Assembly: GCA_001599295.1 (NCBI GenBank)
Contig: BCGN01000008.1
Span: 310,001 to 374,000 of the forward strand
DNA from: Sporopachydermia quercuum
Lineage: Eukaryota
DNA: 64,000 bases
Direction: 5' to 3'
Each line of letters starts with the position of its first letter. Position 1 is the first letter of the stretch. A model generated the notes under the pieces. That model ran no database searches and was not told the DNA's origin. It saw only the letters and a list, made by a program, of their open reading frames with translations. The translations under genes and the position numbers were made by a program. This document shows, piece by piece, positions 23,368-35,221 of the stretch.

Positions 23368-23829
23368 TAACTTTATTTTACTACTTCGGTTACACTTAAA
23401 CTATTTTTTGTTTATTGTGATATTCAGTAAAAACTATTGATAATGTCAGACTACCTTTTAGCTGAGAATTCGATGAAGAGGTGATAGGATTTATGACTAT
23501 CTATAGATAGGAGATCTTCTGGTGATACAAGCGATATTGATATGAGTAATAGAGTCTGAGAAAATAAGTGTAATTCGCAAAGGAGGTTGATAGTTCTACG
23601 CCTATTACAAATACTGCAGTTTGGATATTGAGATTAAGGTAGAAGCTAAGGGATCACTGCGACTTCTTATCTGCTGTTAATTATACTGATCTATAGAGCT
23701 CGTATACTGTGATTGAAGTATAATTCAGGCAACGTCTGTTCAAATAAGAGGTATCAAATAATACAAGTGNAAATAGCTGGCAATGAAAGCGTTCGAAAGA
23801 AGCAACTACGCGTTCATTGAACATTCAAT

Positions 23830-26686
23830 ATGACTACATTATCAATAAAAAATAAAATTAACAATACCATCGTGACTGGTAGTCAACAGAATACTAGTGA
23901 AATACATGAACAAGACGCGCTGCAACAACAAAAAAGTATGAAACCGCAAGCGACGACTCAGACTCCTTCCCAACAACACTATCATCTTCAACAGGATTCA
24001 TCGTACGAACCTAGGAAGACACCAAACCAGGATACAGATATCCCAAATAATGAAACTGTGGGAAAACCTTCAACGAAAGGAACAACAACAGCAACATCAT
24101 CAACATCATCAACACTAACAGGAAATAATGCTTCATTGACTGTGCCCAAAACTCTCAACACACAAAGGCGAGAGGAGAACAAAGATGATTCTGAATCTGA
24201 AAAACTTAACGATTCAACATCAGATGACAAAGCCGTGGCAACTCAGAGGCGGAAGAGAATGAAAGTTTCAAGAGCTTGTATTCACTGCCAAAGATCTCAT
24301 ATGACTTGTGATAATAATCGGCCTTGTAATAGATGTATAGGCAAAGGTTTACAGCACTCTTGTAGAGATGGGATGAGGAAAAAGGCAAAATATCTCAGTG
24401 ACGTGCCAGATGCGTATACAGGATTGAACCTGAAACCTGCAATCTCTAAGAAACATGTTAGTAGAGAGAGCACTTCCCAAATCTCTCCGTTAATGCCAAA
24501 TTCTCTCCCAATACACTTTGATAATAACCATGGAGCTCCGATCCATCAAAACTGGAAACCTTTGGCGCCTAACGCAATGAGTCCCTCAGCATCAGACAGC
24601 AATCTATGCAATATGGGAGTTTTCAATATGCAGGCACCTGAAATGATAAAAAGCAATACTGCAGCTCCTATGATATTTCATTATCAGAATCCTAACTCCA
24701 ATAATTCAGGTGAATCTTTGGTTCCAGTACAAATGAATGAGCAAATGAGCGATCAACTGAACAACCAGGTGGCTAATCAAATGGGCAATCAAATAGGCAG
24801 TCAGATGGGCAATCAGATAAATGAACTAAATCAATCGAGTCCGATAAATCGAATAAATGAATTGGGTCAAATGGATCAAATGAGTAGTCATGTGGTCACA
24901 CGAATGAACAATCAAGCCGTTAATTCAAGGAATAACTCGATGAACCAATCCTTGTTACAGTATGAAATGAAGAGACCTTTGTATCATATGGGGAATCAAA
25001 TAAGCGATCTTGATATAAGTATGTCATCAATGAATACTCCAATGAGCCCAGGAATAGCCAATCCATTAAATTCAATGATGAGTAATAGCATAAATAATAG
25101 TATGGGCAACAATATGAGCAACAATATGAGCAACAATATGAGCAACAATATGAGCAACAATATGAGCAACAATATGAACAATAATATGAACAATAATGTG
25201 GCTGCTTCAATCAAAGATCCTTTGGTTGACCCAATGAAGGAACAGATAGGGAACTTGAATGAATTGAAACCACCTCATATGGGGCACAACCATAGTCACA
25301 ACTTTCATGACAAATCCCAGCAACAACAACGACAACAACAACGACAACAACGACAACAACAACAACAACAACAACAACATGAACAAAATATGCTCAACGA
25401 ACGTCAACATCAACATCAACAGCAGCAAGCCCAAGCACAAGAGTTCCATATGCAACAAAACAATCATCATTCACATTCTAATAGAAGCTTTATGTCATCA
25501 GCTTTGGATCTCGAATATGCTACTCTAAGTAACATTTTAGATGAGAATCTATCGGATTCATTAGTAATATCGCCTTCGCTTTCAGGTCTTTCGGAAGATG
25601 ATCTCCCAAACTCTCAAGAGCCTAGGAAAGAGAGCTTACTATCTTCAACAGTGAAAAAGAACATTCGCAAAAGATCAAAAGCTACTCAAGGAAGCTCCAT
25701 CAACCAGTACTTCTTAGGTGCTGAAATCAATCTTGACACATTCTCTTTCCCAGATGCAATGTCTAGTGCTGTAGAGGAAAACAGCCCTCAAGAAAGAAAG
25801 AAACCGGCATTATCTTTTGCTATAGGTACGGGAAAGGATGATTCTCCTAAGGAGAGTAGGGTTTTTCAGACGGATGTACTACAACATCCAGAGAAGCAAG
25901 CTGACTTTTCTATATGTCAGACAGCAGATTCTTTGACATCATCCCCACTAAACAACAGAAATATCATGAATTCAAATATCAATAATGACAGCAACTCTAT
26001 TGATCAAAGACCGCAAACTGGTGTTTTGCAGTATAGAGAACCTGCCGATATTTATTCTGGTGTCAAGGAACCGTTTTCCTATACACCAGGCTACCACTAT
26101 CTTATTGCATATTTACGGTCCAGATTCTCAAGACCTCAATTAGTTCAAATGGCAAAATGTATGGCAGAGTATCGTCCATCATTTATAGCGTGTACCAATA
26201 CTCTTAAAGAGGATGACTTGATATTTATGGAACAATGNTTTCAAAGGACTTTATTGGAGTATGAGAAGTATATTTCTATATCTGGCACGCCAACAGTTGT
26301 TTGGAGAAGAACAGGCCAGGTTGCTTATGTTGGAAAGGAGTTTTGTATATTAACTGGGTGGTCAAAAGAACGGCTACTAAATCAGCAAACTTTTATTGTT
26401 GAATTGATGGATGATAAAAGTGTACTAGAGTATTTTCAATTGTTTTCAAAGATGGCATTCGGAGACTTCCGGGGAGCTACTATGGCAGAATGTACATTAC
26501 TTACACCTAGAAATCAGAAGGTGAAAACAGCTGGAATGTGGACAGTGAAGAGGGATGTCTTTGGTATTCCCATGATGGTAATTGGGAATGTAAGTATTAA
26601 ACTTTGCGGAGGAAGTAAGGAAGGAAGAATTAAAGGAATCAAACTGTTACTAACAAATCATTCAGTTTTTACCAATTTTAATATAG
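23830..26686 (+). CDS. ERT1: Gluconeogenesis Zn2Cys6/PAS-like transcription factor Ert1/AcuK (spliced)
   Basis: RACIHCQRSHMTCDNNRPCNRC...RKKAKYL and C-terminal RPSFIACTNTLKEDDLIFMEQ. Exons 23830-26589 and 26666-26686; removing the GTAAGT..TACTAAC..CAG intron restores the conserved IGNFLPIL end. Confidence 0.9.
25108..25191 (+). repeat. 12-bp coding tandem repeat (AACAATATGAGC; NNMS)
   Basis: Five perfect and two degenerate units inside ERT1. Confidence 0.9.
25318..25377 (+). repeat. (CAA)n poly-Gln tract with CGA interruptions
   Basis: Encodes QQQQRQQQRQQRQQQQQQQQ in ERT1. Confidence 0.9.
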
Positions 26687-26859
26687 AATCTGGGTCAATA
26701 AGATATAGCCATCGGTAAAATATAGATGTTCTAAAGTAGCCTCAGCCTCTGATGAACTTGAGACTTGTAGACCAATATACTATAGCATATAATCATAGAA
26801 ATGTTATTCCTCTATCGAACTAAATTACTTGATAGTTGAATGAAAAACGTCTATATGTT

Positions 26860-27698
26860 CTATTGGGAAAGAACCGTTCGGACAAACTCTAGAAGAGAAA
26901 ATTTGTTAGCTAAGCTTATTATAATTATTTCAAAGACGTGGAGCGCTATATATAGTAAATTGTCTCTCAACATACCAATGTAATTGACAGTGCCGTCATC
27001 TGTGACAGGAACGCCTTTCAGTAGCTCATCAACTTCGGCATCAGTAAGCTTTTCCCCGATTGAAGTCAAAACTAAATACGGTTAGTAACTTCTACGTATG
27101 ATGATTGTCCGATTATTCAAACAGTCAACATACTATATCTTAGTTCACCGACACCAATGAATCCCGTGTGTTCCTTATCGAAAACTTGGAAACCACGGAC
27201 ATAATCTTCAGGTTCACCTAAAGGCTTAAAACCATCAGGTCTATTGATTATGTTGACATATGTATCGAAATCAAATTCTCCTCCTTCAATTGAAGATNCT
27301 AATGTGGATATTTCTTCTAATGTAGGATTTTGTCCAACTGCTCTCAATAAATCACCCAAAGCTTCGCTGGGTACTTTTCCGGTTCCTTTCTTATCAAACA
27401 AAGCAAAGGCGTCCTTATAAGTTTTATTAACAGGTATGGCAGACTATAATCAGTTAAATTTTCATTGTTAATAGGTGACCTTGAGCTCAAATGATACAGC
27501 TTCAACAAGTAGCGCGTCTCGATCCGAAAGATCTGGCTTTTTAATTTTGTCAATGCTTATGGACTTCACTTATTTGCATTCATCTATCAATATTTCCACC
27601 CATGATTCTATCTATCCATCCATCCATTCATCCATCCATCCATTCATCCATCCATCCATTCATCCATCCATGCGTCTTCAAACTGCAGCACATACCAT
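26860..27698 (-). CDS. MLC1: Myosin essential light chain Mlc1/Cdc4 (4 exons)
   Basis: Exons 27698-27696 (ATG), 27443-27134, 27071-26976 and 26888-26860. All donors are GTATGT and frames join to 145 aa. Motifs YKDAFALFDKKGTG, LLRAVGQNPT and GELRYILTSIGEKL. Confidence 0.92.
27608..27671. repeat. (CATC)n/(GATG)n microsatellite in MLC1 intron 1
   Basis: About 15 CATC/CATT units visible directly. Confidence 0.9.
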
Positions 27699-28483
27699 GT
27701 TTTCTTGGATACTTCACTATGTGATTCAATCCTTAAACGCGTTTCAATGAACTGTGTGTATACTCAACAATCGTTGATCTTCTTGCTTTTGAGTAATCCT
27801 TTAATGCCAAATGTCAATTCAGCTCAGTATCCCTATATTCAATTAGCATCAAATCAATGGTTGATTAGTAGAACAAGCCTGTATTTATATCACATTTCTG
27901 TCAACTCTACTCATCGATTAGAAATGTAAACAAAAGTATTCGCAAGTTGGTCACGCTTTTTGTGTAAGTAAACAAGCCACGAACATTTTATCCGTCCCAT
28001 ATAAGGGCGGACTTATGTTCAATAAAGTGAGTAGTGACAAAGTTCATTAGGGCCTTATTAAGGGAAGGATTGATTAGTACAGGACATTTGAAAGAAATGG
28101 ATGCCAAGATGAAGCTCAACAGGTAAGAGAGAGATAATGAAGAGAAACACCATGTGCGTTGGGCAGTTGGAATCTGAACAGGAAAGAAGTGAAATGAGTG
28201 AGAAAGTAGTTGGGCTGGTTTGCATTTCTTTACTTAGCTTGGTATGATAGATAGCTCGTATCCGATACAATGAAATAGGCCTAAAGTAACTTATAATAGC
28301 ATATATACAAATAATTGATACTTCTAACACTATTTACAGATCATCAAACGCTTTCCTCTAACGGTAATGGAATGCAAATGCAAATGCAAATATAACAGGA
28401 GAACAAATAGACTAACATTACACCGGGATGCAAAAAAACACACCTAACCTAACCTAACGATGCATCCCATTACTGTTTCTAAT

Positions 28484-29021
28484 CTATCTACTTTTATTGA
28501 TATCTAATACAAGAGGATTCAATCCATCTGGAACAACATAATCATCCATTTTGAATCCCTTTTCCTTCATTTTCTTTTTTAGGTAATCTATTTCATCTTG
28601 TAATGTACGTATATCGTCTTGAACAGCTTCTCTTCTCCCGGCCTCTTTCTTTCTACTTCTATATGTTTCGAACCAAATCATCGATCCAGCAACAGAAAAT
28701 ACAAACGCTTCTGAAAGCATTTCTGCACCATTTTCAATAGCCTTAGTTTCACTCAAAGGCCTGATCTTAGCTCTCCTTTCTCCTACTGCTAGTAGTCTAA
28801 GTTTCACATCAGCTCTATGCAGTCTTTGGGCAAATCCAACACATATCTTCTTAAATGCAACATGTTGTTTTGATTGACTTTTTATAATTCCCTGAAAAAA
28901 AAAGTTAGCATCTACCACTAAAAAGAACATAGCAAAACAGCTATCAACAAATATTACTTACAGCTATGGGTTTGGCAATTGTCCTCACAAATAAAGACGT
29001 TAACTTCAACGGAAGACTCAT
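28484..29021 (-). CDS. OPA3-like mitochondrial protein (spliced)
   Basis: Exons 29021-28962 (MSLPLKLTSLFVRTIAKPIA) and 28891-28484; intron GTAAGT..GCTAAC..CAG. Contains IRPLSETKAIENGAEMLSEAFVFSVA. Confidence 0.88.
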
Positions 29022-29576
29022 GCTTACCTATGCTCTCTATCTATCGCATTCTTTCTTCTTCGTCTAACAATAAAAAAGAAAAATTCCACTGACAATTCTC
29101 TTATCCAACAAAACTAATCACAGATCATCTCTCTATTGTATCAGTAATTTCTAACATGAATAATATATTTCTCCCATCAACAGTACATCTTATCTCTCTA
29201 GGTTGGTTGAATCATAGTATAAACACAGGTACACTTAGGAACGTGAATTGACACAGGCTCATGTCCCATCCCAGGTTTTGAGCTTAGAATAAATCAAGCC
29301 TCTTGCCACTGACTTACATAACGTCTCATCTTGGCAGACATAGCTAATATGGCGTCTCATTGCAAACCTTCATAACTGTACTACGAAAAGTGAAGATTGT
29401 GATGTTGGTAGTATTAGCCGAATTATTCATTTGATATTGTTATTATTATCGCTATTATTAATGTTGTTGGTAGCGTAATTAGTCTCTTATTGATGGTTAT
29501 AATTCCTTTACAATATCAGTAGTTTGCAGCTGGAGAGCAAGACTTTGAAGGCGGCCCGTGAATTGAGCTTTTCACA

Positions 29577-30651
29577 ATGGCATCTGTTAAAACAAAAGTT
29601 CAATATACTGCTCTTCTTTCAAGAGTTCTATCATTGAAAGAGGCATCTCCATTTATACTATGTATTGATTCTTTACTCCAAAGTAAAGACCCCCTGATAG
29701 ACATGTTTCTCTCAAAAGCAGCTGATGTGAGTATATTTTGATTTGAAGCAACATTCTGAAGAGAGATTTGAAATGATACCAAGATACAATTACTGACCTT
29801 TTGTTAGGATGTCAATTTCATATACTTATTGTTTGAAAGTGTAAAATCATTAGTAAATAAAAGAGTGAACCAGTTCATTCAGGCTGGTCAGTTTGTTGAT
29901 ACCAAAGATGAAATACTACTAGATTCAATTGCCAAGGAGGTAACAGCTAGAATAGATCGAACTAAGAGTAAGTATTTCTCTTTCCTGTGAACTACATTTA
30001 CCACAGTTGCAACTACAAGTTTTAGTATGTTACACTAACAGGCCTCCAACAGAAAACGTTTTGATAATTGACTCCTTCTCATTCATTCCAACAGAAAAGA
30101 TCACATCTTTCCTGGCTGTTCTAATTTCTTCAAGTATACAAGTTATTGGTATCCATCATTCCTTCTTTCCTGAACCAACTTTGCGCTCTAACCCATATTA
30201 TCCATCTACATCAGCCGTATTGTCATACATAGCATCAACTATTATCACATTGTCCCGGACACCTTTAAGTGATGAAATTGCTCAAGATGAACGTATTAGA
30301 GATATGGAAAAACTGAAGCTACCTTTGGCTAATGAGAACTCATTCCATTTAACTTTGATTCAAAAGCGAAAATCAGGAAGAAGAACATCGTGTGAGTTCG
30401 TCGTTAATAATGATACTTTGCAATACGAACTTTTGATTGAAGAAGAAAAAGATGTGGATGACAGCGAACAATTGATGAAAGGCATTACCACGTTTAATTT
30501 GTTCACNAATGATAAACAGAAATCAGCTAAAGAAAATGTTGAACTTCCCTATTTGAATGCTCAAGAGTTTCAGCAAGGGGGAGCTATTGTTTATCAGTAT
30601 GAGAGCCATGATGATTACGATGAAGAGGATCCTTATGAAGATCCTTTCTAA
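29577..30651 (+). CDS. IKI1: Elongator subunit Elp5/Iki1 (3 exons)
   Basis: Exons 29577-29726, 29808-29967 and 30053-30651. Motifs LLSRVLSLKEASPFILCIDSL, RKSGR, TFNL..KQK.AK..VELPY and DDYDEEDPYEDPF. Confidence 0.88.
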
Positions 30652-31417
30652 GAGGTGCGTTATGTATCTATAATAAACAACTTATGTATATAGATTCTTG
30701 AGTTTATTGGAGGGCCAGGAGAGGGAAAAATGTGTGGCAGTGATATGTGTTTCTTGCTGTGGATGAAGGGACTTATAATTATGACATACTACTATGACGA
30801 TCTGATGACTATTGAAGTTCATCTGCAATGTGACGCTTGTGAGTACGGGGTTTTGATGTTTTCTGAGCTGAACCAATAACAACTGAAAGCGGTATTAGCA
30901 ATTGAATATAAATAATAGCGTAGTTCATCATTAATCAACTAAGTGAGCTGTATATTACTTGGAGATATGGAAATAGAACAATATTAATAACTAATTAATC
31001 AATTAATGATTCAACTTAATTCAAATAAATGGAACGCTCAGTTGTTATTGATTTGACAATACTGCAACCATATTATACAATGTTTGAGGTGTAGTTTGAT
31101 CATATTTTTATGTAAGCTTATGCGATTGAATGATGGTTCTTGACTCTTGTCGTGAGTTGTATTTCGGTGTGTTGTGGTAGCTCATGATCGTGATATGTTG
31201 GATTATCCTCAGCTTTTCGAGTTATGTTGTTGATAGTATCAGGTAATAACATACTACTATTTTCTCAAGCGTACGACAAATGGACTGAAGGATATCACAC
31301 GATATAGACTTTTAGCTGAATGACGGTGGCCACCGATTTTGAAATGTATGAAATATCATTTTTATGTGTATACGATACATTTTTGATTGGTTCTGTCATC
31401 ATGAGCATACTCCTTTT

Positions 31418-34084
31418 CTATCTTCGCTTGGACAATTGTTCTTCAATACTCAAGATCAACTGCTTCAAACTTTCTCCCTTATCACAACAATGCATTTCTA
31501 GCCAGTCTTCAAACTCCATTCGCTTAACTGCGAGAATATCAGTGATAGGGAACTTTTCATTCTTGTCATGGTTTAAATAAGTACTGGAATTGATCAAAAG
31601 ATCAAACAAAGATGCCCAGAGCTGTTGCTGCCAGTACCGTTTAAATGGTTGTACCAATTTGAATTTTCCTGGATTTTTATTATCCTTTGTCACTTCAATA
31701 TAACTACCAAATAGCAATGTATGAAGAATACTTGCCAAGCCATAATAGTCACACTCGTATGTCCATGGCTTACCTTCTCGCATTTCAGGACAATCCTGTT
31801 GATCTGTTTTCCAGTCGCATACAAATTTCCCAAAAGGCATTATTGTCATGTCTACAGCTCTACCGAAATCTATCAGTCGTACGCCTTTAGCTGTCCAACC
31901 TTCACTGCCGTCGCGCTGATAATCAGGGCTCCAAGAAGCATCATCCTTAACCTTGGTGAATCTGACCATACAGTTATCAGGTTTCAAGTCTCCATGAAGT
32001 AAATTTGCTTGATGCAAGGCTTCAACAGCTCGAAGAAGCTCAATACAAAAGAACACCGCCAGTGTCTCCTCGACGCCTTGTTTCTGGTTCACTCGGAACA
32101 TATTCACGATATCTAGTATGGTTCCTTGTTCTGAATAGTCGAGAATCAAATATCCTTCATCTCTGTATAAATGCAAAGCATCCATTTGAATAATGGATTG
32201 TAATTCTCTTTCTTTGTTTAACGACTTAAATCTGGCGGCCAATTGACTCAAGATGTAGAATTCCCAAGCACAGGCTGGTTTTTCCACCTTGAGAGCTTTG
32301 AGAGCTCCGCGCGATGATTCTGCTAAATAAACAGTAGCGTATCCACCTTGTCCGAGTTCTTTTCTAAAACAGAATATTTCACCTGTTGAACTGAATTCTA
32401 TGACGGGCAGTTTAGCTCCCGCTGGGGAAGAAGCGGATGAGTGTTTCACGCTGTTCATTGCTTTGCTAAGACTGTTTGATAAGCTGGATTTGGTGTCATA
32501 CTGGAAAAACCCTTGGTAGGTTTCTAGTGATGGATTCAGTTGCTGGAGAAGCTTTGCTCGCAATAATTCATCTATTGGGTTTATTAACGTGATATCAGTA
32601 CTATGGGTAATTGTGTGATTAGCCTCAGCGCTATTGACAAGCTCTTCAATCTTTATATCATTAACCTCATTATTAGCTGTACCATTGACTGGCTGTCTAA
32701 TCTTTGTAGTGTCTGTATNATCATTATAATAATTAGTATTATCATCACCACTAATATCAACAAGTCCATCACCAAACACGTCGTCATCATCAGAATCATC
32801 AAAAGGATCCTGCTGAATTGGCTGATTAAACATAGAAAACACTTCATCAGTAGCTGCTTTAGTGCAAATAGTCATGGTAGGCTCTGGTGTCAAAGCTCCA
32901 GATTCCAGTCGACCGGGTGAATCCTTCAAAGGCACTGAAGCGTATTCGTTCTGTTGTGTAGATGAGTTGAAACAGTAAACTCCTCTCATTCTCGCATATA
33001 TTTCTTCAAGACTGAATTCTTGATTGTTCGGTTGGTAAAGTAGATCCAGATTCATATTAAATCTTTCAGGTTTTTTACCTGGTTGCTCAACAAGCTTATA
33101 AACATGCTGAGACGCATCAAAACCATTATTTCTATTGCTGCTTGATTGATCTCTAAAGATTGATATTTTTTCTTTTGTTTTTGTCTCTGGGTTTGCAGTA
33201 TCCATTTTTTCACCTTGCCAGGCCGTTGCAGTAAGAACGTTTTCTTTCTTCCTTCCTGCGATGGTTCCAAACTCTTCCCAACCAGAGGATGAGCTGCCAA
33301 ATGGATTGCTGGCATGTTGTTGAATATATCCATTGGGATCCGAAAATACTTGAACTTTTGTAGTTTTGCTGATTGAATCTGAATCTTTATTGCCAATACC
33401 TCTATTGTGGCTCATCTTACTTCCAGTTGACCCTAGTACAGTTCTTACAGTTCCTAAGCCTAATACTGGTGAAGAAGGTTCATTACTGTTTGGAGGATTC
33501 AATACTAGGCGAGAATTGAACTGATGGTACTTCTTCCGTAATCTTTCAACAGGGCGAGCTTCTATGGACAATCCATGTTGGTACACTTCATCAGCTTGAC
33601 GTTTTCGGCCTATTGATTCTAAAAGATTAGCATATTCCTCGTAGTAAGTAGCTAACCCTGTACCAATTTGCTTATTGGCCAAATAAACAAATATGTCCTT
33701 TGGATTGTCAGAATAACGAGCATATTGAAGCCACACTTTCAAATATCTAGGATCATTCTTATAAAAAAGTGTATCTCGGAACACTGCTGTACATTTTTCT
33801 AGTAGATATACCAAGCCACTATCAATACTATTGCCTTGAGGATAAGTATTCATAGTCCATTGGATATAGTTAAGATAAGGCTCTAAAGGGTCATCAAGTT
33901 CATCAGAATTGCGAATTTGATCCTCAAAAGCTTTCCTAGTTTCAATCATTTCTTTGGTATCATGATGAGTGATGCTGGTGTTTGAATTGAATGTCTTAGC
34001 AAGAATAGAAGCAGACCTTCCGGAAGGAAACGGTTCTATATTTTCTTTCTGACGTTCTATATCGTCAAAGTTTGTGGACGCCAT
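31418..34084 (-). CDS. BUB1: Spindle checkpoint kinase Bub1 (undivided Mad3/Bub1 'MadBub' architecture)
   Basis: KEN box (QKENIEP), TPR domain (YKNDPRYLKVW), second KEN, GLEBS (EFSLEEIYAR), and kinase with HGDLKPDN and IDFG. Confidence 0.95.
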   Translation of the reverse strand: MASTNFDDIERQKENIEPFPSGRSASILAKTFNSNTSITHHDTKEMIETRKAFEDQIRNSDELDDPLEPYLNYIQWTMNTYPQGNSIDSGLVYLLEKCTAVFRDTLFYKNDPRYLKVWLQYARYSDNPKDIFVYLANKQIGTGLATYYEEYANLLESIGRKRQADEVYQHGLSIEARPVERLRKKYHQFNSRLVLNPPNSNEPSSPVLGLGTVRTVLGSTGSKMSHNRGIGNKDSDSISKTTKVQVFSDPNGYIQQHASNPFGSSSSGWEEFGTIAGRKKENVLTATAWQGEKMDTANPETKTKEKISIFRDQSSSNRNNGFDASQHVYKLVEQPGKKPERFNMNLDLLYQPNNQEFSLEEIYARMRGVYCFNSSTQQNEYASVPLKDSPGRLESGALTPEPTMTICTKAATDEVFSMFNQPIQQDPFDDSDDDDVFGDGLVDISGDDNTNYYNDXTDTTKIRQPVNGTANNEVNDIKIEELVNSAEANHTITHSTDITLINPIDELLRAKLLQQLNPSLETYQGFFQYDTKSSLSNSLSKAMNSVKHSSASSPAGAKLPVIEFSSTGEIFCFRKELGQGGYATVYLAESSRGALKALKVEKPACAWEFYILSQLAARFKSLNKERELQSIIQMDALHLYRDEGYLILDYSEQGTILDIVNMFRVNQKQGVEETLAVFFCIELLRAVEALHQANLLHGDLKPDNCMVRFTKVKDDASWSPDYQRDGSEGWTAKGVRLIDFGRAVDMTIMPFGKFVCDWKTDQQDCPEMREGKPWTYECDYYGLASILHTLLFGSYIEVTKDNKNPGKFKLVQPFKRYWQQQLWASLFDLLINSSTYLNHDKNEKFPITDILAVKRMEFEDWLEMHCCDKGESLKQLILSIEEQLSKRR

Positions 34085-35221
34085 AGTAAGTATATAGTAA
34101 AAGGGAAATCGGTGGTTCTGAATGTTTGGATAGTTTCACCTGGTTGGTAACCATGCATTCATAAGCCAACTGTTGTTGTATAAAATATCTGTAGTCTAAT
34201 AAACGTATGAACTGGAATTGAATTGCATCCAGAAACAATGTTATGAGTTGCTGCGATTGAATAAGTGTATCAACGTATAAACGGCTGGCGTTCTTCAAAA
34301 CTGATTTCACTCACGAGCTGATCTCGAGCACAAAAACATAAATCACCAGATAACTCGCTGATGCCTATATCCTGCTTTCTCTATGTCAGCTACACTATAT
34401 CGTTGGCCCTCTTTGTTACCTTTCATTCACTACCAGTAGCAATCGAGAAAATTCTTGTGATGATTGAGATCTGATAACCAAAAACCAAGCTGAAACCAGG
34501 ATGCTATATGAGTTCAAGTCTGGATATCATAGCAGAAACGTCATCTGCTCTTCTAGAACCATTGGCGATATTAAACGCTTTACAATAAAGGATAAATCCA
34601 TTTGATTGTATGATAAAACAGTTTTACATTGTTTACATTTTACTGAAAATATAAAGTTAATGTACGTTCCTGTGGGATGAAAAACTGTAATGTTTTAATC
34701 ATTTCCGGAATTTGCAGTTTATATTTTGGTGACATAAGCATTAAATAAAAACACCTCCGATTAGGATAGAGGCTGAGCCACAATTAGCCACACAACCTTC
34801 ATTCTAGGATCAGGTATCATCACAGTCATGCTCTGGTTGGTTTTTCTATCATATTATGGCTCACCTTACTTTCTTTCTCTTTCGCAAATGCTATACATTA
34901 TATAATAATATTGACAATGTATAACAAATTAAAGTGGATGTCTGGTACTCTAATATTACATGAATTCATTGTGGCTTAATTGACTGTTTGAATGAAACAT
35001 CAAAACTATTTTTACCAATAGAATTGCCACACGAACAACAATATACTCTGTTCATCTGGCTGGTGATTGACTTCATGTTTCTCAAACAGCAGGCTCACTT
35101 ACTAAATCAACAATCAAAGTATCATATATTAGCAGTGAAAGTCAAGCACCGAAAATCTCATACTTCCTTCTTTAATTACCTTGTTCTTGTCGGCGTCTAC
35201 ACTATACATAACTCATAAACA

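Noticed and set aside
24920..25528. Cys-rich (YCCS)n, poly-Leu and poly-Asn ORFs resembling a metallothionein or membrane peptide
   Set aside because: They are alternative-frame readings of the ERT1 NNMS and poly-Q repeats.
27475..27750. ORF with HPSI repeats
   Set aside because: It is the translation of the (CATC)n microsatellite in MLC1 intron 1.
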